From Nitrosopumilaceae archaeon (GTDB taxonomy: Archaea > Thermoproteota > Nitrososphaeria > Nitrososphaerales > Nitrosopumilaceae), in NCBI GenBank assembly GCA_965203465.1, contig CBDBCR010000001.1, positions 128,001 to 192,000 of the forward strand: a stretch of DNA of 64,000 nucleotides, given 5' to 3'. Below are positions 29,599 through 39,260 of the stretch, one piece after another. Position numbers and translations under genes: made by a program. The notes beneath the pieces are model-generated. The model saw only the letters and a list, made by a program, of their open reading frames with translations, made no database searches and had not been told where the DNA came from. Position 1 is the stretch's first letter. Each line of letters begins with the position of its first letter.

Positions 29599-29983
29599 CG
29601 AGCAGCTTTACGTCGTCCATCTTGCGGCTGGTCTGGAACCCGCGCGTGACATCGTTTATCCGATCGCCGTCGCCGCCGAGCACGAATATCTCTACGCACC
29701 TGCTGCCGTCTATCTTGTTGTGCAGGTGCGTGGTGATCAGATCCTCGTAGTCGTGCTTTATCCCGGCCACCTCCGCGTCGAACTCGTCGGCGTGGACCAC
29801 CAAGAGTATGGCGCTGGCCGAGCCGGAAATCTCGCGCTTTTGCTTCTCTTCCTGCACGAACGCGCGTATCCCGGCCCTGATCATCTCGGAGCGCCCGGTA
29901 AACCCCATCTCTTTCTGGAGGCTCTCCAGCTCGTCGAACATGTCGCTGCTGAGCGAGATCGAGACTATCTTGATGCCTGCCAT
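29591..29983 (-). CDS. NikR/CopG-family ribbon-helix-helix metalloregulator
   Basis: N-terminal IVSISL...GRSEMIR RHH, and C-terminal H...HLH...C metal site. Confidence 0.9.
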   Translation of the reverse strand: MAGIKIVSISLSSDMFDELESLQKEMGFTGRSEMIRAGIRAFVQEEKQKREISGSASAILLVVHADEFDAEVAGIKHDYEDLITTHLHNKIDGSRCVEIFVLGGDGDRINDVTRGFQTSRKMDDVKLLVI

Positions 29984-30005
29984 TATTCGCCGCCCCGCGT
30001 CCGTC

Positions 30006-30044
30006 TTAATAAATTATAGTTGGGGGCTGTTATTTGGTTATTAA
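30006..30044. promoter_or_regulatory. Candidate operator in the divergent regulator/ABC transporter promoter
   Basis: TTAATAA-N25-TTATTAA inverted repeat in an AT-rich intergenic region. Confidence 0.4.
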
Positions 30045-30105
30045 CTTCCTGCCCAAAGTCATCATTTCCTATTAACTTAAATAATCCCCCTGATAACCCC
30101 CGCCC

Positions 30106-31311
30106 ATGGTTAGAACTTGGCTTGCGGCAGTCGCGGGCGTAGCGGCAGTAGCCGCGGTGGTAGCGGCCGTGGCTGCGATGTCGGTGACGACGCAGCCTGA
30201 ACCAAGCGAGCAGATCACCGTCTATGCCTCGTTCTTTCCATACTATGAATTTGCGAGGGGCGTGGCGGGCGAGGACGCGCAGGTGACGCAGCTGACGCCG
30301 GGCGGCGCCGACGCGCACGACTGGGAGCCGAGCCCGGGGCAGGTGCGCAACTTGGCCGCGGCCGACGTGTTCGTGTACAACGGGCTGGGTCTGGAGCCGT
30401 ACACGGAGCAGATGGAGCGCTCGCAAGAGTTTGCCGATGTGGAGTTTGTGCCGGCCGGAAGATCCGTCTCTCTCATCTACGGCTACGACGAATCGTTCAT
30501 GCATGCGGGGCACGACGATCATGACGATCACGGCGACGAGCACGCGGACGAAGAGGATCATGCAGACGAGGAGGACCATGGTGACGAACACACCGACGAG
30601 GAGGACCACGCGGACGAAGAGGATCACGGAGACGAGCACGCGGACGAAGAGATGCACGCCGACGAGGAGGACCACGCGGACGAAGAGGATCACGGAGACG
30701 ACCACGCCGACGAAGAGATGCACGCCGACGAGGAGGACCACGCGGACGACGACCACGGCGACGAAGAGATGCACGCCGACGAAGAGGATCACGGCGACGA
30801 GCACGCCGACGACGCAGACCCGCACGTGTGGCTGGATCCGGCAAGGGCCAAGGTGCAGGTCGACGCCATAGCCGAGGCGCTCTCGCGCGCCGATCCGGCC
30901 CGCGCCGACGCGTACCGCGGCAACGCGGCTGCGTACAAGGCGGAGCTGGACGCGCTGCACGACTACATGTCCGCGACGCTGCAGGACTGCAGCGGCCGCG
31001 CGTTCGTCACACTGCATCCGGCGTTCGAGTACCTTGCAGACAGGTACGGCTTGGAGCAGGTCAACATCGGCCGCGCGTCGGCCGAGCTGTCGGCAGCCGA
31101 GATATCGGAAGCCATCGAGACGCTGGAGGGGGCGCAGACATCGGTAATATTCGGAGAAACGGCAAAGGAACCACGGTTCGCCGAGGTTCTTGCAGCAGAG
31201 GCCGGCGCCGATGTCATGGTGCTGGACACGCTAGAGTCGCCCTCGGAGTCCTACTTGGAGGCGATGCGGTACAACGCCGACACGCTGGCCGAGGGTCTGG
31301 ATTGCCGCTGA
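30106..31311 (+). CDS. Zn/Mn-type (ZnuA-like) metal ABC substrate-binding protein with long His/Asp/Glu loop
   Basis: Motifs DAHDWEP, YNGLGLE, DPHVW and TLHPAFEYL. Confidence 0.93.
   Translation: MVRTWLAAVAGVAAVAAVVAAVAAMSVTTQPEPSEQITVYASFFPYYEFARGVAGEDAQVTQLTPGGADAHDWEPSPGQVRNLAAADVFVYNGLGLEPYTEQMERSQEFADVEFVPAGRSVSLIYGYDESFMHAGHDDHDDHGDEHADEEDHADEEDHGDEHTDEEDHADEEDHGDEHADEEMHADEEDHADEEDHGDDHADEEMHADEEDHADDDHGDEEMHADEEDHGDEHADDADPHVWLDPARAKVQVDAIAEALSRADPARADAYRGNAAAYKAELDALHDYMSATLQDCSGRAFVTLHPAFEYLADRYGLEQVNIGRASAELSAAEISEAIETLEGAQTSVIFGETAKEPRFAEVLAAEAGADVMVLDTLESPSESYLEAMRYNADTLAEGLDCR
30511..30815 (+). repeat. Coding tandem repeats (DEEDHA/DEEDHG/DEHA/DEEMHA)
   Basis: Repeated gacgaggaggaccacgcg-type units encoding about 100 aa of low-complexity His/acidic sequence. 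Confidence 0.95.
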
Positions 31312-32096
31312 ACGTCCTAGAGGCGCGTAGCATCTCGGCCGGGTACCCTGGCAGGCCGGCCGTGCAGGCTGTCACGTTCTCGGTGCCCGAAGGGGAGCTG
31401 CTCGGCATAATCGGGCCCAACGGGGCGGGCAAGACGACCCTCTTCCGGGCCATACTGGGCCTGCACCCGTACACGGGAATGGTGCGGCTGTTCGGGCAGC
31501 CGGGCGCGAGCATGGTGCCGCTCGTCGGGTACGTGCCCCAGCGCGTCTCGTTCGAGCCCAACTTTCCGGCCACGGTGCGCGAAATCGTGTCCATGGGGCT
31601 GATCTCGGAGAGGCGCGACAGGGCCGCCCAGAAGGTGCTGCAGGCTGCCGGATACGGGCGCAACCGGACGCCGGGCGGCACGTCCGAAAAGATAGAGGGG
31701 GCGCTGCGCACCGCCGGCGTGGAGGATCTCGCCGGGCGCCGCATAGGCGAGCTGAGCGGCGGCGAGCAGCAGCGCGTCTTCATAGCAAAGGCGCTCGCCA
31801 AGGATCCGGCCCTGCTGATACTCGACGAGCCGGTCACCGGCGTGGACGCGGACACGCAGGCGCGGTTCTACGCGGCCGTCCAGAAGGCCAACCGCGAGAG
31901 GGGCATCGCGACGGTGTGGTCCTCGCACGACCTAGACGCGATACAAAAGTACGCCAGCCGGGTCGCGTGCATGGACAAGAACCTGTTCTTCCACGGCTCC
32001 AAGGACGAGTTCTTCTCCGACGCCGAGGCGCTCCGCACGTACGCCGAATCCTCGATGCAGGCGCACATGCACGGCCACGCCGGGTGTTCGCGGTGA
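31302..32096 (+). CDS. Metal ABC transporter ATPase (ZnuC-like)
   Basis: Motifs GPNGAGKT, LSGGEQQR, LDEP and SHD. Confidence 0.95.
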   Translation: MPLNVLEARSISAGYPGRPAVQAVTFSVPEGELLGIIGPNGAGKTTLFRAILGLHPYTGMVRLFGQPGASMVPLVGYVPQRVSFEPNFPATVREIVSMGLISERRDRAAQKVLQAAGYGRNRTPGGTSEKIEGALRTAGVEDLAGRRIGELSGGEQQRVFIAKALAKDPALLILDEPVTGVDADTQARFYAAVQKANRERGIATVWSSHDLDAIQKYASRVACMDKNLFFHGSKDEFFSDAEALRTYAESSMQAHMHGHAGCSR

Positions 32097-32893
32097 TCGA
32101 GGCGCTCGAGCACGGGTTCGTCCAGAGGGCGCTGATAGTCGGGATGCTGGCCGGCGCGGCCTGCGCCATGATGGGCTCGTTCCTGGTGCTCCGACGGCAG
32201 GCGCTCTTCAGCGACGGCATCGCGCACGTGGCCTTCGGCGGCATCGCCGTCGGGCTCTTTGCCGGCACGTTCCCGTTCTGGACGGCCATGGCCGCGGCCG
32301 TCGCCGGCGGGCTGGGCCTGCAGAAGCTCCGCTCGGGGAGCGGCGTCCCGGGCGACGCGGCCGTCGCCGTGGTGCTGGTCTCGGGCCTGGCCGCCGGGAT
32401 ACTACTGATCAGCGCCAGCGGCGGGTTCTCGACGGACCTGTTCGGAGTGCTGTTCGGGAGCATACTGCTGATCAGCACGGAGGACGCCCTGACGGTCTCA
32501 TTCGCGAGCGCGGCCGTCATCGGGGCGCTGCTGGCGCTGCGCGGCCCGCTGCTGCATGTCGCTTTCAGCGAGGAGCAGGCGCGCGCTTCGGGCATGCGGG
32601 TGACCCTGCTCAACTACGTCTTCGTGGCCATGGCGGCGGTCATGGTGGTCGCCTCGATGAGGCTGGTGGGAATACTGCTGATAACGGCCCTGGTGGTGGT
32701 GCCCAACGTGGCGGCCATGGCGCTGGGCATGGGCTTTGCGAGGACGCTGGCGGCCTCGGCGGCCATTGCTGCCGCCTCGGTGGCCTCGGGGGTGCTGCTC
32801 TCGTACTATCTGGATCTTGCACCGTCCGGCGCCATGGTGGCCGCGGCCCTCCTGATCATGGCGTGCGCGCTGGGCTGGCGCCGGCTCCGCTAG
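32093..32893 (+). CDS. Metal ABC transporter permease (ZnuB-like)
   Basis: Motifs SDGIAHVAFGG, LFGSIL and VGILL. Confidence 0.94.
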   Translation: MIEALEHGFVQRALIVGMLAGAACAMMGSFLVLRRQALFSDGIAHVAFGGIAVGLFAGTFPFWTAMAAAVAGGLGLQKLRSGSGVPGDAAVAVVLVSGLAAGILLISASGGFSTDLFGVLFGSILLISTEDALTVSFASAAVIGALLALRGPLLHVAFSEEQARASGMRVTLLNYVFVAMAAVMVVASMRLVGILLITALVVVPNVAAMALGMGFARTLAASAAIAAASVASGVLLSYYLDLAPSGAMVAAALLIMACALGWRRLR

Positions 32894-33671
32894 CGCCGGC
32901 TCCGCTAGCGCCCAGGCTGTACTTTGACTTGTAGCCGCGCGGGTTTATCATCAGATCCCCGTAGGTGAAAGTCGACGAGTTTCCCACGATCACGGTGCTT
33001 ATCATGCCCAGCTTTTCGGCGTGGTCCTCTATGTGTCCCAGGTCCGTGAGCACAACCGATTCGGAGTCGCGGAAGGCGCCCTTTACTATCGCCACCGGCG
33101 TCTCGGGCTTCCTGTGCCGCAGCATTATGGCGCGCGCGTCGCGGAGCTGGCGCACCCTGCGCTTGCTGGCCGGGTTGTATATGACGATCACAAAGTCGCC
33201 GCGCGCGGCCGCCTCGACGCGCTTCTCGATGACCTCCCAGGGAACCAGCAGGTCGCTCATGCTCAGCACCGCAAAGTCGGTCATCAGCGGCGAGCCTACT
33301 ATCGAGGCGCACGAGTTGAGCGCCGAGACGCCGGGGATCACCTCGACCTGCGGGTCGGCGCGGTCCCACCCCGAATCGGCCAGCGTCTCGTATATGAGGC
33401 CGGCCATGCCGTATATGCCCGGATCGCCGCTCGAGACGAGCGAGACGGTCCTTCCCGACGAGGCCAGATCTATGCACTGCTGCGCGCGCTCCACCTCCTG
33501 CGTCATGGCGTACCTGTGCGTCTCCTTGCCGGCTATCAGGTCGGCGACCAGATTCACGTACGTCTCGTAGCCGACTATGGTGTCGCTCTCGCCTATGGCC
33601 TCGCGCGCCCTGAACGTCATGTGCTCGTGGCCGCCCGGGCCCACCCCGACTATGTACAGCTTGCCCGGCAC
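32856..33671 (-). CDS. cobJ: Precorrin-3B C17-methyltransferase
   Basis: Motifs VGVGPG, SSGDPGIYGMAG, SMSDLLVPW, YNPAS and INPRGY. Confidence 0.95.
   Translation of the reverse strand: MPGKLYIVGVGPGGHEHMTFRAREAIGESDTIVGYETYVNLVADLIAGKETHRYAMTQEVERAQQCIDLASSGRTVSLVSSGDPGIYGMAGLIYETLADSGWDRADPQVEVIPGVSALNSCASIVGSPLMTDFAVLSMSDLLVPWEVIEKRVEAAARGDFVIVIYNPASKRRVRQLRDARAIMLRHRKPETPVAIVKGAFRDSESVVLTDLGHIEDHAEKLGMISTVIVGNSSTFTYGDLMINPRGYKSKYSLGASGAGASGAGASPARTP
32878..32912. repeat. 15-bp tandem duplication at the convergent permease/cobJ junction
   Basis: gcgccggctccgcta twice, followed by gcgcc. Confidence 0.9.
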
Positions 33672-33678
33672 GCGCGCG

Positions 33679-35067
33679 CTATTCTCCGTCGGAATAAGTG
33701 TCTTGCCCGGACGGATCGACTATCGGCGCGTTGATCACGTGGTCCTCGCCCAGCGGGCGCGCCAGCATAACCGACACCTGCCCGCCCGACTCGGCAGACT
33801 CTATGTCGCGCACAGTCTGCAGCAGGACGGCCTCTTGGTTCCATTCGGCGACGGACACCGAGCGCACCGGGCTGTACCCCTCGTCGCCCGGCACCGAATC
33901 GAGCACGTCGGGCTGGAAGCCCAGCGTCCCGGGGCCGGCGAGGCCGTCGCGGAACTGGTACAGGCCCGCCGAGCTTTCGTAGTCGAGGCCCGGCGAGTGG
34001 GGCACGCCCATCAATTCGGCGGGCCGGGCCGGCGCGGCGCCTGTCAGTATGTAGTATACGGTCCTGCCGTCGCTGCCCCACGCGCGGTGCGCCACGAACA
34101 CCGCCGCCTCCTCGCCTATCTCGGATACCTGCTCGCCCTCCATGCTGCCGCCGGGCCACGACACCTGCGGCGCGTTGAGCACGACGCCGGTCCTTTCCAC
34201 CTCCACGCGGCCCCCGTCCTCGGCCTCGAGCACCTCCTTTTCGGAGAGCAGGGTGGAGGCGCGCTGCCCCGGCTTCCACGAGACCTTGGCCAGCTCTGCC
34301 AGCTGCGTGTACCCCGGCTCGTCCGGGCTGGTGGTGAGCACGTCGGGCTGGAACCCGTACATGCCGTCCCCGTCGATGCCGTCGGTGAACGCGTACAGGG
34401 CCGCCCCGCCCGCTTCCGAAAGGGGAGGGGCGTGCAGCACGGGCCAGTCCGCGCCCGGCGCCTCCTTGGCGAACTCTTCGTCGCCCGAATCCGTGATGAT
34501 GTACGAGGCCGGCTCCTCTTCGTACACGGCGGCCCGCAAAGGTATGGACACCTCGGCGCGCTCCTCGTACAGCCGCAGGGCCGGAGGATCCACGTCGACG
34601 TCGAACGAGTACTTTTCCGCGTCGAACTGCCCGTCGCGCAGCCACGCGTCGACGCTGGCCGTCGCCGTGAACGTGGAGCTGCTGTGCAGCGCGACGGCCG
34701 CGCCGGTAAACTCCGCCTGGCCGGACGGCCCCCCGTACATGCGCGTCAGCGCGTAAAAGCTCTTGCCGTCCACCGTCCAGATCGGCTGGCCTCGCGCCTC
34801 GTCGGGCTCTATCTCGTGGAGCACCTCCACCCAGACGGGCAGGCTGGCCGCGAACGTCACGGAGCCGTCGAAGACGGCGCCCTTTTCGGGCCGCAGCACC
34901 ATGGCAAGCTGCCCCGTCTCGCCGGCGCCCGGATCCGGCGCCGAATCGAGCGTGACGGTAAAATGCACCTTTGAGTTTGATTCCGCCTCCGAAAGATCCT
35001 GCATCATCTGCGGCGCGCCGGCCGCCGCGGCGGCGGCCGCCAGGACGAGCGCCCACCCGGGGCTCAT
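33679..35067 (-). CDS. Secreted protein with two internal repeat domains (YIIT...LYxFxDG...GFQPDV...GY)
   Basis: Signal peptide, acidic composition and a duplicated domain ending in V(L/I)NAP. Confidence 0.85.
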   Translation of the reverse strand: MSPGWALVLAAAAAAAGAPQMMQDLSEAESNSKVHFTVTLDSAPDPGAGETGQLAMVLRPEKGAVFDGSVTFAASLPVWVEVLHEIEPDEARGQPIWTVDGKSFYALTRMYGGPSGQAEFTGAAVALHSSSTFTATASVDAWLRDGQFDAEKYSFDVDVDPPALRLYEERAEVSIPLRAAVYEEEPASYIITDSGDEEFAKEAPGADWPVLHAPPLSEAGGAALYAFTDGIDGDGMYGFQPDVLTTSPDEPGYTQLAELAKVSWKPGQRASTLLSEKEVLEAEDGGRVEVERTGVVLNAPQVSWPGGSMEGEQVSEIGEEAAVFVAHRAWGSDGRTVYYILTGAAPARPAELMGVPHSPGLDYESSAGLYQFRDGLAGPGTLGFQPDVLDSVPGDEGYSPVRSVSVAEWNQEAVLLQTVRDIESAESGGQVSVMLARPLGEDHVINAPIVDPSGQDTYSDGE

Positions 35068-36443
35068 TTCCCCAGCCCGAACTCGGCGTGGACCGCGCGC
35101 ACCGCCGCCGCCGCGTCGGCGTCGCGCACGGCGAACGCCAGGTTGAGCTCGGAGGAGCCCTGCGTTATCATCACCACGTTGACGCCCTTCCTTCCCACCG
35201 CGCCAAAGACGCGCGAGGCCACCCCGGCCGTGCCGCGCATACCCGAGCCTATCAGGGCCACGATGGACACGTCTGCGCTAACCTCCAGGCCCTTTATGCC
35301 GGCGCCCAGCAGGCTCGACTCCAGGGCGTGCACGGCCCCGTCAAGGTCGGCCTTTTTCACCACCACGGTTATGCTCGATTCCGACGGGCTCTGCGATATC
35401 ATCATCACGTTTATCCCCGCGCGCGCAAGCGCCTCGAAGATCTTGGCTGCGGTCCCGCGCGAGCCGGCCATGCCGCCGCGCACGTCTATGAGGCCGTTGC
35501 GGCTAACGGAGCTGACGCACTTTACTGTGCCGTCGGACCGGGAGGACACCAGGGTGCCTTCCCCCGACGGCCCCATTATGCGGGCCACCGTGCCCGATTC
35601 CAGCAGGGGCTCGAAGGTGCGCGGATGCACGTGCGCCGACCCGAAGAGGGTCATCTCGAGCGCCTCTGCGAACGAGACCTCTGGCAGCACCTTGGTTCCC
35701 TTGACCAGGCCCGGGTCGGCCGTGAGCAGCCCCCCGGCCTCGCCCACGAGCCAGACCTCGTCGGCGCCCAGGCACGCCCCCACGATGGCGGCAGTATAGT
35801 CCGAGCCGCCCCTGCCCAGGGTGGTTATTCTGCCGTGCTGGTCGGCGCCGGAAAACCCAGCGATGACGGGCAGCGCGCCCCGCTCCAGCGCGCCGCCGAC
35901 CGACTTTAGCACCCGCAGGCGCGTGGTGTCCATGAGGGGGCGCGCGTCGCCAAAGTTGGAATCGGTCAGTATGCCCGCCTCCTGGCCGGTCAGCACCTCG
36001 GTCTTTTTCCCCGCGTCCGAGAGGGCGGCGGCCACCAGCCTGGCAGACGCGCGCTCGCCGAACGAGAGCAGATAATCCATCGAGCGCGGGGTGACCTCGC
36101 CGAGCACCGAGGCGCCCTCCAGCAGGGCCCGCAGCCGCGCAAAGTCGGCCCCGAGGGCGCGCAGCACGCTCTTGCGCACGCGCTCCTTCTTGACTGCCGC
36201 GCGGGCAAGCTCGGCGTGCCTCTTTTCGACGCGGCCGGCTATCTTTAGGGCCCCGGCGCCGCCCCCGCGCGCAGCGCCGGCCGCCGATATGAGCTCGTCA
36301 GTAGTGGAGCCGGCGGCCGCGCACACGACGGCCACCCTGTCCCCCCCGGACGACAGATCCCGCACGAGCCGCGCCGACTCGCAGACAAGCCGGGGCGAGG
36401 CCAAGCGCCCGCCCCCTATCTTTACCACTAGGCTGCGGCCCAA
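35064..36443 (-). CDS. lysC: Aspartate kinase
   Basis: Motifs VVKIGG, SFGER, TLGRGGSDYTA and TADP, plus two ACT domains. Confidence 0.95.
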   Translation of the reverse strand: MGRSLVVKIGGGRLASPRLVCESARLVRDLSSGGDRVAVVCAAAGSTTDELISAAGAARGGGAGALKIAGRVEKRHAELARAAVKKERVRKSVLRALGADFARLRALLEGASVLGEVTPRSMDYLLSFGERASARLVAAALSDAGKKTEVLTGQEAGILTDSNFGDARPLMDTTRLRVLKSVGGALERGALPVIAGFSGADQHGRITTLGRGGSDYTAAIVGACLGADEVWLVGEAGGLLTADPGLVKGTKVLPEVSFAEALEMTLFGSAHVHPRTFEPLLESGTVARIMGPSGEGTLVSSRSDGTVKCVSSVSRNGLIDVRGGMAGSRGTAAKIFEALARAGINVMMISQSPSESSITVVVKKADLDGAVHALESSLLGAGIKGLEVSADVSIVALIGSGMRGTAGVASRVFGAVGRKGVNVVMITQGSSELNLAFAVRDADAAAAVRAVHAEFGLGK

Positions 36444-36448
36444 CGGGC

Positions 36449-37189
36449 CTATCCCTCGATCCTCGGGGCCAGGTAGAAATGTATGCGGCCCACGTTGGCC
36501 ACCTGGAACTCTATCCTCAGCGGCTTGGACGTCGAAAACTCGCACGTTATCGCCTCGGCCGTCCCCCCGACCGCCTTTACCACGGGGTTGAGGTACTCCA
36601 GGCTGTAGGTGCCGGTGCTCTCCTTGCCGGACATCTCCTTTACGGTCTCCATGGACTTGTCCACCTCTATGGCGACCTCGCCGCTGTCGCCGCTGCCGGA
36701 AAACTCGGCGCGCTCGGGGGTCACCTTCATCGTAAGGTATTCGGATACGACCTGCACGTCGCCGAGCACCTTGTCAAAGTGGGCCGAGGCCAGCGTCAGC
36801 TTGGAATCGTACGGGGTCGACGGCAGCGGCGTGTCGGTCGCCGAGCTCTCTATGAGGCGCATCTTGTACTTTTTGCTGCGGCCCATGTTGACCAGCAGCA
36901 TGTTCTCCTCTATGCTTATCTCGATGGGATCCTTTTTGTCCGCCCTCTTTACCAGCTTTGAAAACTCGTCTATGCGCACGCCGAACTTTACGTCGCTGTC
37001 GCACTCGTACCTCTCGAAGGCCGAGTTGGGCCACGATATGTCGATGAGGGCCACGTGGGACGGATCCATGCCGCGGAACGTGATGCCCTCGACGTTGGCC
37101 ACGAACGTGGCCTCGTCGACCAGGGTGGAGATGGCCGAGATTATGGCCTTTAGGTCGTCCGAGCCGCTGGTTCTGGCAGCGAAAGTCAA
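36449..37189 (-). CDS. pcn: PCNA sliding clamp
   Basis: Motifs MDPSHVAL, YSLEYL and FYLAPR. Confidence 0.97.
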   Translation of the reverse strand: MTFAARTSGSDDLKAIISAISTLVDEATFVANVEGITFRGMDPSHVALIDISWPNSAFERYECDSDVKFGVRIDEFSKLVKRADKKDPIEISIEENMLLVNMGRSKKYKMRLIESSATDTPLPSTPYDSKLTLASAHFDKVLGDVQVVSEYLTMKVTPERAEFSGSGDSGEVAIEVDKSMETVKEMSGKESTGTYSLEYLNPVVKAVGGTAEAITCEFSTSKPLRIEFQVANVGRIHFYLAPRIEG

Positions 37190-37220
37190 CGGCGCGGCCT
37201 CCCGGGGGTTGGAATAAAAA

Positions 37221-37523
37221 TCAATCGTAATTTCTCCACGTGTGGCCGCACTTTGTGCAGCGGTAAAACTGGGTGGTGGCCTCGTCGGCGCTGCGCGTCT
37301 GCAGCATCCACCAGACCGCCTCGCCGTTGCCGCACTTTTCGCAGTGGGCCGCTATGGTGGGCAGATCCTGGCCGCCCTCTTCTTCCAGCACGTTGAGCGC
37401 GCTCTCGGCGGGCCGCTCGGCGGATCCGCCGGCCGGGGCGCCCTCCGCGTGGCCGCACTTTGGGCACACCAGCTCGGGGCCCGACTTTCTGAGCCTGGCG
37501 CTGCAGGACGGGCAGAACCTCAT
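37221..37523 (-). CDS. tfs: Transcription factor S / RpoM
   Basis: Motifs MRFCPSC and QTRSADE..TQFYRCTKC. Confidence 0.95.
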   Translation of the reverse strand: MRFCPSCSARLRKSGPELVCPKCGHAEGAPAGGSAERPAESALNVLEEEGGQDLPTIAAHCEKCGNGEAVWWMLQTRSADEATTQFYRCTKCGHTWRNYD

Positions 37524-37792
37524 GCCTTCGTCTTGGCAAAGGCCTCTTTTATCGACGCGACCTCTTTTATGGCCGTCTCGGCCGCCTTTGCAAACTCCCT
37601 GGCCGGGTCGCCCTTTGTGCTCACGCGCATCCAGCACTCGTTGGTGAGCGGGTGCTTTACAATCACGCCGGCGAACTTTGTGGACGGCGCCTTTAGCAGC
37701 TCGTGCTGCACGATGTACAGCGTGGCGATGTCCGATTCTTTCACCGAAAAGCTCATCTCGCTCTTTGACGAGGAGAGCACCTTGGCCTCCAT
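37520..37792 (-). CDS. rpoL: RNA polymerase subunit Rpo11 (L)
   Basis: FAGVIVKHPL motif, appropriate size and position next to TFS. Confidence 0.85.
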   Translation of the reverse strand: MEAKVLSSSKSEMSFSVKESDIATLYIVQHELLKAPSTKFAGVIVKHPLTNECWMRVSTKGDPAREFAKAAETAIKEVASIKEAFAKTKA

Positions 37793-37868
37793 CCGCGGCC
37801 GGCCCCCGGGGCGCCGATATAAACCATGGCGGATGGCATTTTATTGAGGCGCCGGGCGGCCGGCCGCG

Positions 37869-38399
37869 TTGGCTGGGATAGAGCGGCTCGAGGTGTCGCC
37901 TTCCAAGGAGGAGTACGGTTCGGACGAGACGGTTCGGGTGCGGGTGCGCTTTTCGGTCTCGGGGGGCGTGCGCGAGGCGTTCACGGAGGAGAACTGGACG
38001 GCCGCCTACGAGGCCAACGACAACCTCTTCAAGCTAAAGTACGGCGTGCGGCTCGTCTCGCAGGGGCTGGTCAAGCGCGGAGTCGGGGATCCGGTGGAGA
38101 GCTACCGCAAGGCCTCCATATTCTGGACGCGCAACCCGAAACTGGTGAATCCGATGGTGGACAGGCGGATATGGGTGCAGGTGGCCAAGAACTTCGTGCC
38201 CTACGTGCGGCTGACCGAGGAGGAGGTCAGATCGGAGCTGTTCGACTTTGACGAGCAGGTGTCGGTGCCCGCCTCCAAGCTGGGGACGGGCAGCCACGGC
38301 CTGGGCGCCGAGGCGTGGGCCTCGTGGAAGAAGCACCACTACGTCGAAGCCGGCGAGGCCTCGGGGTCTGCCGGCGGCGCCTCGATAACCGTGCTTTAG
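37869..38399 (+). CDS. Hypothetical protein
   Basis: 176-aa ORF with host-like codon usage, divergent from rpoL. Confidence 0.75.
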   Translation: MAGIERLEVSPSKEEYGSDETVRVRVRFSVSGGVREAFTEENWTAAYEANDNLFKLKYGVRLVSQGLVKRGVGDPVESYRKASIFWTRNPKLVNPMVDRRIWVQVAKNFVPYVRLTEEEVRSELFDFDEQVSVPASKLGTGSHGLGAEAWASWKKHHYVEAGEASGSAGGASITVL

Positions 38400-38433
38400 T
38401 TTGGGATATAAGAGGGAGGGGCCGCGCGCCCCC

Positions 38434-38586
38434 GTGGCAAAGTACGACGGGCTGCTGGGGCAGCCGGTGCTGGAAGTCGAAGAGCCCGACAAGGAGGGCG
38501 GCATCACCATCATATTCAAGGACAACAGGTTCATGTTCATAAAGGCCGTAGACGGCAAGGTAGAGACCGTCTCGATACCGGAGTGA
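38434..38586 (+). CDS. Small hypothetical protein (50 aa)
   Basis: GTG start about 25 nt after GATATAA; MAKYDGLLGQPVLEVEE... Confidence 0.75.
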   Translation: MAKYDGLLGQPVLEVEEPDKEGGITIIFKDNRFMFIKAVDGKVETVSIPE

Positions 38587-38588
38587 CC

Positions 38589-38735
38589 ATGGCCGACAAG
38601 TTCGACCCGATCAGGATGGCAGAGCTGCTCTCCGTAAAGGAGGAGGGCGGGCAGCTGGTGCTCTCTTTCGAGGGCTCCAAGCAGATGAGGGTGCGCGTAG
38701 AGCAGGACAAGCTGGTCTGCGAGGTCAGCTCTTAG
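38589..38735 (+). CDS. Small hypothetical protein (48 aa), apparent paralog of the preceding gene
   Basis: MADKFDPIRMAELLSVKEEGGQLVLSFEGSKQMRVRVEQDKLVCEVSS, starting 2 nt after the previous stop. Confidence 0.65.
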   Translation: MADKFDPIRMAELLSVKEEGGQLVLSFEGSKQMRVRVEQDKLVCEVSS

Positions 38736-39207
38736 CCCACAGGCGGACGGCGTCGCGCTGCTCTTCTACCTCTATGGATCCGGGCCTCTTTTCGCGCACC
38801 CTGGCTATGGCCTCGTCGGCCGGGATCCGTTCGCTGCTGACCAGGTAGCAGGCGAGGATGGTGCCGGCCCTGCCCCTGCCGGCAGCGCAGTGGACCATGA
38901 CGCGCCCGCCGCCCGATATCCGCGAGCGGGCGAACTGGACGGCCCTGCGTATGTCTTCCTGGCTGGGCGGGGTCAGGTCCTCGGTGGGCAGGTGGAGGTA
39001 TTCTATACCGGAGGTCCACCCGGCCGGCAGCGGGTCTTCGGTCATCGATATTACGGAATCTACGCCCTGCTTTAGCGCCCAGTCGAACTCGGCGCGGCTC
39101 GTGGGCCTGCCCGAGCCGGCCAGGCCGTCTGCCAGCCACGAAAAGTTCGTGGGCCTGCCGGTTATGCGGCCGTGCACGCTGCGCCACGCGTTGCCCGGCG
39201 CGCTCAT
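38725..39207 (-). CDS. Dual-specificity protein phosphatase
   Basis: HCAAGRGR P-loop, with NFSW and RPGSIE. Confidence 0.92.
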   Translation of the reverse strand: MSAPGNAWRSVHGRITGRPTNFSWLADGLAGSGRPTSRAEFDWALKQGVDSVISMTEDPLPAGWTSGIEYLHLPTEDLTPPSQEDIRRAVQFARSRISGGGRVMVHCAAGRGRAGTILACYLVSSERIPADEAIARVREKRPGSIEVEEQRDAVRLWAKS

Positions 39208-39260
39208 GCCCCCTCCAACCCCCCGCCCCGGCGCGCACGGTGATATAAGACTGGCGCGCG

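Noticed and set aside
30511-30815. Repeat array as a possible CRISPR
   Set aside because: These are in-frame coding repeats with no unique spacers, and there is no cas operon.
32878-32912. 15-bp duplication as a mobile-element target-site duplication
   Set aside because: No element lies between the copies; a slippage duplication at a convergent gene overlap is sufficient.
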